Below the pieces are notes generated by a model. The model saw nothing but the letters and a program-made list of their open reading frames with translations. It was not told the DNA's origin and did not search any database. Position numbers and translations under genes: made by a program. DNA of 63,626 nucleotides, the filler included, from an uncultured Methanosarcinales archaeon (GTDB taxonomy: Archaea > Nanobdellota > Nanobdellia > Woesearchaeales > CAYNLP01), in NCBI GenBank assembly GCA_964398115.1. It is 4 parts of 4 records of this genome, joined end to end, with 100 filler letters (N's around TTAATTAATTAA, not from the genome) between each part and the next. Parts side by side here need not be neighbours in the genome. Positions count along the whole stretch, not along the records: positions 17,508 to 34,642 come from CAYNLP010000018.1; positions 34,743 to 50,811 come from CAYNLP010000020.1; 2 more parts are not named here. The stretch is one strand, 5' to 3'. Below, in pieces: positions 28,957-38,379 of the stretch. Numbering within the stretch: position 1 is the stretch's first letter; each line of letters opens with the position of its first letter.

Positions 28957-29503
28957 CTATCTCACCGAAAAACTCTTTGAAAGGCTCTCGTTGCAGTATT
29001 CTTCTGTATACTCTCTCATCAATCTCCAACAGCTTGTTCATGGTTTCCTCAACCGCCTTTCGATCATGCTTTTCTGCATGTTCGTCTAATTTCTCTTTAA
29101 CCCAACTCAAATGTCCTTCTTCATCTTCGATCATTTTTTGAAGGGTTTCCTTTACTCTTGGATGAACATCTTTCATCTTGAGATGCTTGCGGAAATGGTT
29201 CAGGGTTCTTTTTTCAAAGACCTGGGTGAGGCAAAGTATCTCGAGTGCATTCTTGGGCATACCGAATTCTTTACCATATTCCGTCTGATAAGTTTTGGTG
29301 ACTTTCTCCGGAGTTTTTCCCATGTCTTTAATGGTTTCTGTCCACATCCAAGCGTGTTCGGCCTCTTCTAAGCAGTGATGGGTCAGAGGTATCCTTATTT
29401 CATCAATATCGGTGACAAAAGCGAGCTTGCCGAAGAGGACGGATCCAGAAAGCTCACATGCTCTGTAGTAACTCAGCACATATAGTTCTTCCTCAGATAT
29501 CAA
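28946..29503 (-). CDS. Ferritin-like diiron protein 2
   Basis: E(RACE)...EEAEH...E(VFEK)...DEEGH diiron ligand pattern. Confidence 0.85.
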   Translation of the reverse strand: MISEEELYVLSYYRACELSGSVLFGKLAFVTDIDEIRIPLTHHCLEEAEHAWMWTETIKDMGKTPEKVTKTYQTEYGKEFGMPKNALEILCLTQVFEKRTLNHFRKHLKMKDVHPRVKETLQKMIEDEEGHLSWVKEKLDEHAEKHDRKAVEETMNKLLEIDERVYRRILQREPFKEFFGEIDGR

Positions 29504-30204
29504 CTTGGATCACCTCGTCTGGTTTTATAGTTGCTGAGACTCTCACCTGTTAACTCCTTTATCTTCTGGTTGAATTCTTGTATTATTTTTATATTATCAT
29601 TTTTGACCCTGGAGACAGCCGGAAGGACATAAGCCCCAACATGCTGGAAGTCCTTTGCATATTCGAGTATTTGATTCTTTATCTCAGGATTTTCCTCTAA
29701 TCTCTTCTTGAGGAGGTCAGCGGCGAATTGAGAGTGGGACACCTCTTGCTTCGATAGTTCTGAGAGGATCTTCTTCAAGACTGGCTCCGGCGCTTCCTCA
29801 GACAAATCTTGGAAAAAGTGTGCGGCAAAGTGTTCCGTCGCCATGAAATTCACCAGCTCTTCTATTTCATCACTATAATCCACATCCTTGTTCTTCTCCC
29901 TTAGTTCCCTTATTTCTTCATCCGATACCGGCTTGTATCCCACGACGTCAAGATATCTCCTGAGTACATAATAATGTGTATATGCTTCGAAAGCCTCTAT
30001 GGTGTATATGGAAGTGGCGTCAATATCATACCAGAACATATCCATCATTTTTCCAACATATACTGCGAAATACGACTCTATTAAACACGCCTCTCTTACA
30101 AGGTCAAGGACTCTTTTATCTTCTAACGCTTTCTCCTTATCAATCTCATCCCACGCAAATTTATTGTCAAAAATCTTTGCTTCTACTTTTTTGAGTTCAT
30201 CCAT
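29500..30204 (-). CDS. Ferritin-like diiron protein 1 (acyl-ACP desaturase-like)
   Basis: W-containing N-terminus, E(LIES)...EAYTH..L..YL...E(ATEH)...EPVL..I....QEVSH. Confidence 0.8.
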   Translation of the reverse strand: MDELKKVEAKIFDNKFAWDEIDKEKALEDKRVLDLVREACLIESYFAVYVGKMMDMFWYDIDATSIYTIEAFEAYTHYYVLRRYLDVVGYKPVSDEEIRELREKNKDVDYSDEIEELVNFMATEHFAAHFFQDLSEEAPEPVLKKILSELSKQEVSHSQFAADLLKKRLEENPEIKNQILEYAKDFQHVGAYVLPAVSRVKNDNIKIIQEFNQKIKELTGESLSNYKTRRGDPS

Positions 30205-30210
30205 GATATA

Positions 30211-31035
30211 TCACTTCTCCGCCACCATGATTGTCTGAAGGCCATGAGGATCTTTATAAGTAGAAGTTTTGGAAAAACCTGCTTCGTCTGCAAGCTTTCG
30301 CAGTTCGCTCTCTCCTCTATAAGAAGTCTTAAGCTCTGCCAAGTGTTTCAACAAATAGTCGGAAAATTTGTGAGATTTCATCCCTGAAGTAACCAAGCAG
30401 CCGCCTTCCTCCAGATTCTTCTTAATTACTCTGTAGAAGTCAACAACACTCTCGTCATCGAGAAACTCTGTAAATCCTGTACTTATTACCATGTCAAAGT
30501 TCTTCATATCTTCGTAGGTTCTCTCAGAAAGAGCATCTCCGTGCCAAAAGTTTAAATCATGCTGCTCTCCTCTTTCCGTCTTTATCTGCCTTAAAATATC
30601 CTTATTTAGGTCTAGAAGATGCCAGGTGACTTTGTCATAATTTGGATGACTTTCTTGCTTGAGAGTGTTAGCGGCCTCAAAGATTTCTCTTGCATAACCG
30701 CTTGGAGCCGAAAGGATATGAAACTTTCCCGAATCGTGTTCTTTGACCTGCTTCAGTATCTCTTCTTTGGCATAGATATACCTGTATCTCATAGACTGTG
30801 CGGATTTCAGGCGAAGCACCAGCCAGTCAATGACGCGACCAATACCAAATTTCCCCCTTGGTTCACCTTTGTAAACATGATCTGCAAAATCATGGCTCCC
30901 CCCATTCTTTATACCTTCTCGGGCCAAGTAACTTGTCATTAATAAATAATAAAGAGGAATCAAGTGCCACCTACCTGTTTTGAACAATTTCTTTGGTATA
31001 GACTTAGATTGTCTTGTTTGATTATGAAATGTCAT
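30211..31035 (-). CDS. Class I SAM-dependent methyltransferase (YnbC/Methyltransf_20-like)
   Basis: DHVY.GEP.G..IGR.ID, ILSAPSGYAR, LLDLN, GDAL, DMVISTGFTEFLDD. Start ATG 31035 overlaps the upstream stop. Confidence 0.8.
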   Translation of the reverse strand: MTFHNQTRQSKSIPKKLFKTGRWHLIPLYYLLMTSYLAREGIKNGGSHDFADHVYKGEPRGKFGIGRVIDWLVLRLKSAQSMRYRYIYAKEEILKQVKEHDSGKFHILSAPSGYAREIFEAANTLKQESHPNYDKVTWHLLDLNKDILRQIKTERGEQHDLNFWHGDALSERTYEDMKNFDMVISTGFTEFLDDESVVDFYRVIKKNLEEGGCLVTSGMKSHKFSDYLLKHLAELKTSYRGESELRKLADEAGFSKTSTYKDPHGLQTIMVAEK

Positions 31036-31837
31036 TTTGAAAACCTCTCTGGCCAATTGTCTTTTTTATTCCCCCAACATAGCAGACTGCTTGCCACGAG
31101 TCTTTCTATACCGAAAGCCACGCACATCGAAGATGCATACTCATCAGGATTCTTGAATATATTAAAATTTTTTGCAAAATGGTCCTTGTGGAGATTTATT
31201 GACATTAAGGGAAGAGACTCATCTCCGATTTTTATAACATATTCCTTTNNNNNNNNNNTTCCTTTTTGAGTTCCTTAATTTTTTGCATTATACGCGCTCC
31301 TCTACTTTCTCCCATAGCAAAAGAATCAGTTGCTGCTTCGAAATCACCCTGCAAATCAAGTTTTTCAAAGATATCTTTAATTAGAACCTTAACTTCTTTC
31401 TCTTTATCCTCTATAAATTCTTCTGTTCCTAAAAAAACGAATTCCAACATATGGAAGTTTGAAAGTCTGAAGGGGAAACTCCATTCTCCACCCTCTCTCC
31501 TACCGCACTCTGAGAATACACAGATACATATATTTTCGATCTGTTCGTTCATGAAATCCAGGTATGTGTGAAGGCAAGATGCTGGCGTCAATGATCTATC
31601 CTCACCAACAGATATTAGTTGATGAGGAAAGTGCTTGCTATAATTGGATTTTTCCAGTATTTCCTCATCTATAATGTCTGGTGCTTCAATGTATTTGTGG
31701 AAATAAGGAGAGAACTTTTCTTTCAGAAAAGATATGTAACCGTTGAAAATCTCTTCGGCCCGTCCGTTAAGCGAAATCTTTCCATTATCTAACTGTTCGA
31801 ATCCTGCTTTTTCCAACTCGGGATATTCTTTATTCAT
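31032..31837 (-). CDS. Amino acid:[carrier protein] ligase (class II aaRS/atypical SerRS catalytic-domain homologue)
   Basis: Y..HFPH, LTPASCLH, R.E..FRL..F.MLEFV.LG, ATDSF. Past the 10-N gap: KEY...MSINLHKDHF...MCVAFGIER...W....WP*. No tRNA-binding domain. Confidence 0.88.
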
Positions 31838-32067
31838 TTGAAAAACTCCTCAATTATTGAGTTAACATCTTGGAAGTTCTTCATCACTATCTCCTCATCG
31901 TTTAACTCTCTCCCAATTTCATTTTCAACATAGCCTATGAGATCAAGGATGTTCATAGAATCCAAGAGTTTGCTCTCAAATAAGGGTGTGTCCTCCGTGA
32001 CTTCCACATCTGGATCTTGTATCACCTTTCCATTGATAAAGTTGATTAGATTTTCTTTTTCAGACAT
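31834..32067 (-). CDS. Carrier protein 2 (aminoacyl/DltC-like)
   Basis: DTPLFES.LLDSMNILDLI..VE..., NFQDVNSI. Confidence 0.9.
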   Translation of the reverse strand: MSEKENLINFINGKVIQDPDVEVTEDTPLFESKLLDSMNILDLIGYVENEIGRELNDEEIVMKNFQDVNSIIEEFFK

Positions 32068-33191
32068 CCTTCTTCCCCCATCCCGTTTCCAGACAGTATC
32101 TTACGACTTTTCCATAATACTCATCTACGGGCGGAATAATGTCTTGGTATTCAGGCAATACTTGAATCAAGTTTGTTTGATCAAATTCCTTAGGATAATT
32201 CAGTTGGTGGGCAAAGTGTTTGAGAGCCGTTAGAGCACCTTTTAGTAGAGGGTTGTTCGCTTGTTCAACCGATTCTATGAACATATCAAAGGTTTCGGGT
32301 GTGGTAATCTTGGGTTTTGGATAGTCTTTTTTCTTCCAGGAGGAATCGCATTTAGCAAGATAATGATAGCTTTTGTCGATAACTTCTTTCAGGTTGTAGG
32401 ATTTTTCCTTCCCTGATACTATGTGGAAAACTTGTTGAGATTCAAATTTTTCTAAGAATAGTTTTGCTATTACTTGGGCCGTTATATCGCTGGGTATCAT
32501 GTCTACAGAGTAGTGAGGTTTTCCGGGAAGCATAGATGCAAGTCCGAGATAAATCATACGGAGAGCAGTATGGGGAGCGGTGAAGTTATTTACTTCACCT
32601 GTTTCGCTATTTCCAAGAACGGTTGAGAGTCNNNNNNNNNNAGAGATTGGAAGTTCTTCCCAGTGTTGTTCAATCAAATTTTCTGCTTCATACTTTGATT
32701 TCTCATATGAATTGACGAAGCCTTCATCATGAGATCTTTCGCTCTCTTTTATCAAACCCGTCCTCTTACCACTGACATAGACCGTGCTCAAGAAACCTAA
32801 TTTTCTCAGATTTTCACAGTCGTGTGCCAAGTTTATTACATTCCTCGTTCCCTTCACATTAGTTTTTCTTATTTCATCAATAGGGAGATCAAACTTGGTA
32901 ATAGCTGCAGCATGAATTATACCATTTGCTCGTTGTTTTATGGTATCGTAGCTTTTTTTCTTGAGACCGAGATTTTCTTCCCTAATATCTCCTGCGAACA
33001 ATGATATTCTGTGGCTGTAGTCTTTTACTTCCAAAATTTCGTTAAGGATTTCTTCTTTCTCTTTACTCTTTCCTGTTTCGTGCAGTAGAAGTTGAAGCTT
33101 GCAGTTTGATTGACTTAGAAGTGAAGNNNNNNNNNNCCAAGTCTTTTCCTATCATTCCTGTACTTCCAGTTATAAAGATGGTTTCTTCCAT
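32060..33191 (-). CDS. Extended SDR, thioester reductase / fatty-acyl reductase-like
   Basis: True start MEETIFITGSTGMIG at 33191 (across a 10-N gap); GDI...LGL, IIHAAA, NV.GT, ST.YVSG, NSYEKSKYEAE. Confidence 0.88.
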
Positions 33192-33192
33192 T

Positions 33193-34133
33193 TTAATGCT
33201 CCAATATCATACATGACCATGTGGCTCCAAAACCAAAAGTGAAGAGCAACAACAAATCCCCTTTCTTCAATACCCCTTCTTTTTTCATATCATGTATATT
33301 GACTATGTGGTCGCATGAAACAGTGTGTCCTTTCTCTTTTACGTTGTTCAGCCAGATTTTTTCTCTGGGTATCTCCGTCATGCTTGAAAGTATTTCCCAG
33401 CTTCTCTTGCTGATATTGTGAGGAACTACCCAGTCTATGTCCTCGATAGTAATTTCTGCTTGCTGCAATGTTTCCTCAATCGCTTTTGAAGCCATAGGGA
33501 AGTATGAAGCCAGGAGTTCTTGCTCTCTCTTTGGAGTGTCCCAATAGTAGGAGTGAGTTATTTGGTTGTAGTGAATTATTTTGTTCTCGGAGCTGTTTTT
33601 TTGTAGTAGGAAGCCACAGGCAGCATCGCTCATGATGTTATACATAATTTCTCTCTTTTCACCTGGTGGAAGCTTATCTCCTGCCAGAATTAAAATATTC
33701 TCTTTGTTTGAGGATTCTAGATAGTGTCGAGCCAGATCAATTGTAGAGAGCAGCCCGCTACATCCTTGTTCTGCAGTTGTCAATGCATTAGCATTTTTCA
33801 ATTCGAGCTCTTGATGCAGGTGTTGTGCCTCATATCTAAAACAGGAAAGCCTTTCCGAATTATTTATGGAGTTTATTCCTGTCCCTGTGTAAAGAAGCAA
33901 CATATCTATATTTTCCTTCCTTTTACCGCTTTTTGAGATAGTCTTCTTACCAATTTCGACTATTAGTTCATGAAAATCTTTCCAGTCTTGCTCGACAAAG
34001 CATTGTTTGAAACCAAAGCCCTCAAGAGTGTCTGGATCAGAGTCTAGAAGGCCTCTCTTTTCTAACTTATTTAGGGATAGTTTGAGTCTTGGAAAGNNNN
34101 NNNNNNCAAACCTATCGATCTTTGGTCTTTCAT
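33193..34133 (-). CDS. FabH/KAS III-like condensing enzyme (Cys-His-His)
   Basis: Own start MKDQRSIGL at 34133 after an AAGGGG SD; QGCSG, MSDAAC..LL, VVPHNIS, GHTVSCD, GD..LLFTFGFGATWS. Confidence 0.88.
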
Positions 34134-34642
34134 TTGAAATCCCCTTTGGACATACTATCGCGCCCACGAAATTATTCTGGCGGAAGGAATAACCGATCCA
34201 TTCTTCGTGTGTTTGGTTGTCCTCTGTTTTAACGTGTATATGGTATCTGTTTTTATATTTTGATTGTATCTGGACTTGTTTAGGAGGTATTTTAAGCCCT
34301 TTTCCTGTCGCTTTGAGAGCTGCTTCTTTCAGTGTCCATAAAAAGGTAATAAGAAGGTCCTCATCCAAACTATCTTTGAATAGATTAATCTCCTCTTCAC
34401 CGGCTACGTATTTCAGTAATTCTTCTCTATGAGGTCTTATCTTCTCTATATCCACACCTATTGCTTCTGAGGACATCCCTGCCAAGCCCAAACCGTGAGA
34501 ATGGGATATAGAACATTGTATGTTATCCTTCCCCTCTATTATGGGCACTCCGTTTTCTTTGTTAGTAACGGTTATTGACCTATAGCCGGTTTTTACTCCT
34601 CCGGACGTCAGATAAGCTTTCTTGAGAGCTATCCTACCAGAA
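34107..34642 (-). CDS. Sfp-type 4'-phosphopantetheinyl transferase (5'-truncated; 3' end in a gap)
   Basis: GRIALKKA...NG.P, SISHS, IGVDIE, WTLKEAALKATGKGL. Confidence 0.9.
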
Positions 34643-34742
34643 NNNNNNNNNNNNNNNNNNNNNNNNNNNNNNNNNNNNNNNNNNNNTTAATTAATTAANN
34701 NNNNNNNNNNNNNNNNNNNNNNNNNNNNNNNNNNNNNNNNNN
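34643..34742. other. Artificial contig spacer
   Basis: N spacer with TTAATTAATTAA. Confidence 0.97.
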
Positions 34743-34752
34743 TATATAAATG

Positions 34753-35649
34753 TTATCTGTTTAACAATACAATAGCGATTACAATCAAAGCTATACCAAT
34801 AAACTTCTTAACCAACTCTCTAAACCTCAAATCCTCCTTCAAAAGACTGGGCTTCCACAAAGAAATCCCTGTAGCCATCAAGAAAATCATAGCGTGCTGC
34901 ATTCCCATAGCCGAACTCACCAATGCAGCGTTCTCCAACTTAATCGCAAAATAATAAAACACGTGACCTATAACAGCGACAACCTGATTCCCAACTAACA
35001 ATTTCTTCAAGAAAGGCTTCAAAGAATTCCAATCCTCAACTACTGATTTTCTGGCCCAACTAAAGAATAAGACAAGTCCAGCTAGGAACAAGCCAATCCT
35101 TGAAAAGTAGAAACCAGTCCAAAAATTAGTATTCTGAAAGACAAACTTCAAAACAATTATCTCAAAAGCACCAACAACACCCACGCCAAGGATAGGCTTC
35201 CAAGACTTGCTCAACTCGAAATCCCCCGCTGCACTCTTCTTAAAAACCAAGAAAAATCCGCCAAACACAAACAAGAAGAAAGCCTTCAACTCACCACCTG
35301 TCAAAGGATCATTCAAAAGAGTCCACGACAAAAACAAAACTATGAAGCTACTGAAAGAACCCAAAGGAAAGACACGAGAAATCTCCTCCACACCCATAGC
35401 AGTGAAGAGAAAATACAACTTAACAAGTTCCAAAACTCCACCAAGAATTGCCCACAAAAAAATAGTAAGATCTGGAAAGGACAAATCAAAAAAAGGAATG
35501 ATAGCCGAAGCAACAACTAGATGAACCAAAGCCGGGAAAAGAACATACAACTTCTCATTATCAACCTTGTCAGCCAATGCGTATCTATCAACAAGAGAAG
35601 TTACACTCCAAATAAACAAACCAACTGTAAGGAAAAATAACCAACCCAT
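34753..35649 (-). CDS. EamA/DMT family transporter
   Basis: Two 5-TM repeats, EEISRVFPL, L.E....K.IG. Confidence 0.8.
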   Translation of the reverse strand: MGWLFFLTVGLFIWSVTSLVDRYALADKVDNEKLYVLFPALVHLVVASAIIPFFDLSFPDLTIFLWAILGGVLELVKLYFLFTAMGVEEISRVFPLGSFSSFIVLFLSWTLLNDPLTGGELKAFFLFVFGGFFLVFKKSAAGDFELSKSWKPILGVGVVGAFEIIVLKFVFQNTNFWTGFYFSRIGLFLAGLVLFFSWARKSVVEDWNSLKPFLKKLLVGNQVVAVIGHVFYYFAIKLENAALVSSAMGMQHAMIFLMATGISLWKPSLLKEDLRFRELVKKFIGIALIVIAIVLLNR

Positions 35650-35675
35650 AAAACCTCACGTGTAACACATATTAT

Positions 35676-37649
35676 TTAATTCTTAATATCCTCAAACTTA
35701 TCGATATAATCATTCACGATATCTACAAAGCTGGAATGACTCCAAGTCAACGGGCTCACGCTTAAAGGCTCACCAGTGTAGGGATGCAACTGTTCAGGCA
35801 GCATATTCGACTCCGTCGCGTTATCCACAACCCAATCAATCACTTCTTTTGCCTCTTCTAAATCATCCAAACTATCTGCTCTCTGGATTAACCACTTACC
35901 ATACCATATCGTCGTGATAAACCAAGGATTACCTGGCACGTCCCTACTGACGCTGTGATAAGAATCCTCTGTATACCGAGCCATACCACCAACTTCAGTA
36001 TCCAACCACAAATCCTCCTTCAAACCCTCCATATTCCTGACAACCCTCTCATCATCTGCTGGTAAGACGTCAAACTCGAAAACAGCAAACGTGCTTGCCT
36101 CCGGAATAGCATCTTCTTCATCATGGTCTTTCAAACATCGAATTCTTCTCAAAAAACGCTCCTCTTCTTCATCCCACAAGTATTCAAGCAAAGACTCCTT
36201 CATAGCATCACCTGTTTTGTAAAACTCTTCCGCCTTTTCTTCATCACCAAATTCTTCAGCAAACTTACCCGCAGCCCACAAACCAGCAATAACCGTTGAA
36301 ACCGTATATGTCATAATCCCCTCTCTTTCCTCCCAAAGATCATAACACTCGATAGGAAGGTTATCATCTCTCGTATGCCTACACATAAACTCTGCGGCAG
36401 GAAGTATCAAACTATCATATAATTCTTCAACAAGATTTTCATCACCAGTCTGCTCGAAATGTTTTCTAAGAGCATAAATGACCAAGGCTGTCTCATCCTC
36501 TTGGATAGGAAGATGAGGCTCTCCGTTCTTAACCCACGGATGCCAAGTACTACCTAAACTCCCATCAGGGTTATACTTATGAAGCATAGACCCACGACCG
36601 GAAATAACTTCGGCACAGAAACGGAAAAAAGGTTTGGTGTATTCATGAAAACCAGCGCGGTCAAAAGCCAACGCGACCAAGGCGCCGTCACGCGGCCAAC
36701 AATAACTGTAAGTATCGCGATTAAACTTCATATTCTCACTATCATTAGCCGCTATAATGGCACCACTTTCATCAATATGGCTTATAACGGTCAAGATACT
36801 CCTCTGATACAGATGCTTTACATCTTCACCTAAGTCTTTGAAATCTCTAGGATTGGAATCCACCACGCCTCTCCAACACTTACGAGTGGTTTCAAAAATG
36901 TTCTCAGGATGCTCCTCCATCATGAAACTGTTCAACTCCTTGATATCCTCTCGACAGTCACCCGCTGCAATCCAATAATAGAAAACCTGTTCTTCACCAG
37001 CACCGAGTTCTGCTTCTACAGCAACAGTACTGTCCACACTTCCTTGCGCGATAGGATTCTGACTTAAATCACCATCTTCTGCATCTTTCCAAGTACCTAC
37101 GGCGCCCTCTTGCTCTGACTGTCCCACCGCGTAATCAGAAATATCTCCTCTCGGTTGACAACTCGTACACGTCTCTTCCCTGATAGCATTAATCATAAAG
37201 TAACGGTTGCGTTTGTAATGAAAAACAGAATTATTCTCAGCATCATAACCCGCCGTATCTCCAATATCCGTACCGTAAAGATGAAAATCTTGATAGAAGA
37301 AAACCTTTATTTTACGCTCCCGATCACTATCATTCTTTAAAGTTACTTTTCTCAAGAAAATATCATGATCACAAGAAACACAATCATTAAACTCTAACTC
37401 AACGCCTAAACTATCATTACAGGCATAAGCCTGACTTACCAAAGTTCCCTCCTCATAACCGATATCTCTATCCCAACCTTCTTCATTAATCCAGGAAAAA
37501 CTCCCCTCAGTAAAAATTCCAATTTTATGAGCATGTCCCTGAACATGATTTTCTTGACCTACGTGAGGATAAAAAATATCTCGAATTTGAAGCCATTTAT
37601 CTATGTTAACTAGAAAACTTTGATTCCCAAGAACTATATCCCTTGGCAC
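35676..37649 (-). CDS. Glycoside hydrolase family 15 (glucoamylase-like)
   Basis: GAIIAA, YSYCWPRDGA, QEDETAL, YDLWEER, LPEQ, PLTWSHS. Confidence 0.93.
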   Translation of the reverse strand: MPRDIVLGNQSFLVNIDKWLQIRDIFYPHVGQENHVQGHAHKIGIFTEGSFSWINEEGWDRDIGYEEGTLVSQAYACNDSLGVELEFNDCVSCDHDIFLRKVTLKNDSDRERKIKVFFYQDFHLYGTDIGDTAGYDAENNSVFHYKRNRYFMINAIREETCTSCQPRGDISDYAVGQSEQEGAVGTWKDAEDGDLSQNPIAQGSVDSTVAVEAELGAGEEQVFYYWIAAGDCREDIKELNSFMMEEHPENIFETTRKCWRGVVDSNPRDFKDLGEDVKHLYQRSILTVISHIDESGAIIAANDSENMKFNRDTYSYCWPRDGALVALAFDRAGFHEYTKPFFRFCAEVISGRGSMLHKYNPDGSLGSTWHPWVKNGEPHLPIQEDETALVIYALRKHFEQTGDENLVEELYDSLILPAAEFMCRHTRDDNLPIECYDLWEEREGIMTYTVSTVIAGLWAAGKFAEEFGDEEKAEEFYKTGDAMKESLLEYLWDEEEERFLRRIRCLKDHDEEDAIPEASTFAVFEFDVLPADDERVVRNMEGLKEDLWLDTEVGGMARYTEDSYHSVSRDVPGNPWFITTIWYGKWLIQRADSLDDLEEAKEVIDWVVDNATESNMLPEQLHPYTGEPLSVSPLTWSHSSFVDIVNDYIDKFEDIKN

Positions 37650-37698
37650 AAATCCACCTAAAACTAGCTAATCTCTTGAAGATATTTAATATTTATCT

Positions 37699-38379
37699 TT
37701 AATATGAAGGAGGCAAAAACTTATCCTTATACCTACGCACAATTATAGGAACGGTAAAAGCCACTGCAAACAATACAACGCTAATAATAACCTCAGTGGA
37801 AAGCAAATCCGACCAAGAGCTTATACCTGAGATGCTGTCAAAAAAGAAAGTGAAAATGAAAGTCCCGGGAATTATACCAAGAAAAGTACCCCAGAAATAT
37901 TCAGAAAACTTCACCCTTGTAAGACCAGCTCCAAAGTTTAAAAGGTTGAACGGAAAGAAAATCAAGCGTAAGTAGAAAATAGTAGCAAAACCATTTTCTT
38001 TCAAAAACTCATCATATTTCTCCACACTCTCCAACTTTTTCTCTAAAAGACTGTCGACAAAATCCTTGCCGAGCCAACGCGCGATGAAGAAAGCTCCAGA
38101 AGCTCCAATAGTAGCACCAATCAAAGTGTATATCGTTCCCCAAAAAGTTCCGAAAGCGACGGCGCCGCCAGCCGTTAACAAAGTACCAGGCAATAACAGG
38201 CAAATACCCAAAGCGTAAAGAAAGATGTAAAAAATAGGAGATAGAATACCGAAATTATCAACCATTGTTCTTATAGACTCCCTGCTCAAATCGGACAAAG
38301 GACCATACCTGGTGAGATAGACAGCTAAAACTATGAAAAGAACCAACCCGATAACTTTCAATACATTTTTCCGCTTCAT
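37699..38379 (-). CDS. TVP38/TMEM64 (VTT/DedA) membrane protein
   Basis: PGTLLT.GG.AFG..WG, GATIGA..AF.IARWLG, LRL..FPFNLLNFGAGLT. Confidence 0.9.
   Translation of the reverse strand: MKRKNVLKVIGLVLFIVLAVYLTRYGPLSDLSRESIRTMVDNFGILSPIFYIFLYALGICLLLPGTLLTAGGAVAFGTFWGTIYTLIGATIGASGAFFIARWLGKDFVDSLLEKKLESVEKYDEFLKENGFATIFYLRLIFFPFNLLNFGAGLTRVKFSEYFWGTFLGIIPGTFIFTFFFDSISGISSWSDLLSTEVIISVVLFAVAFTVPIIVRRYKDKFLPPSY

Noticed and set aside
33193..34548. Apparent PPTase-KAS III fusion in the ORF track
   Set aside because: The join runs through a 10-N gap of arbitrary length. A separate ATG at 34133 with an SD gives a FabH-like N-terminus (MKDQRSIGL...FP), so two overlapping genes are more likely.
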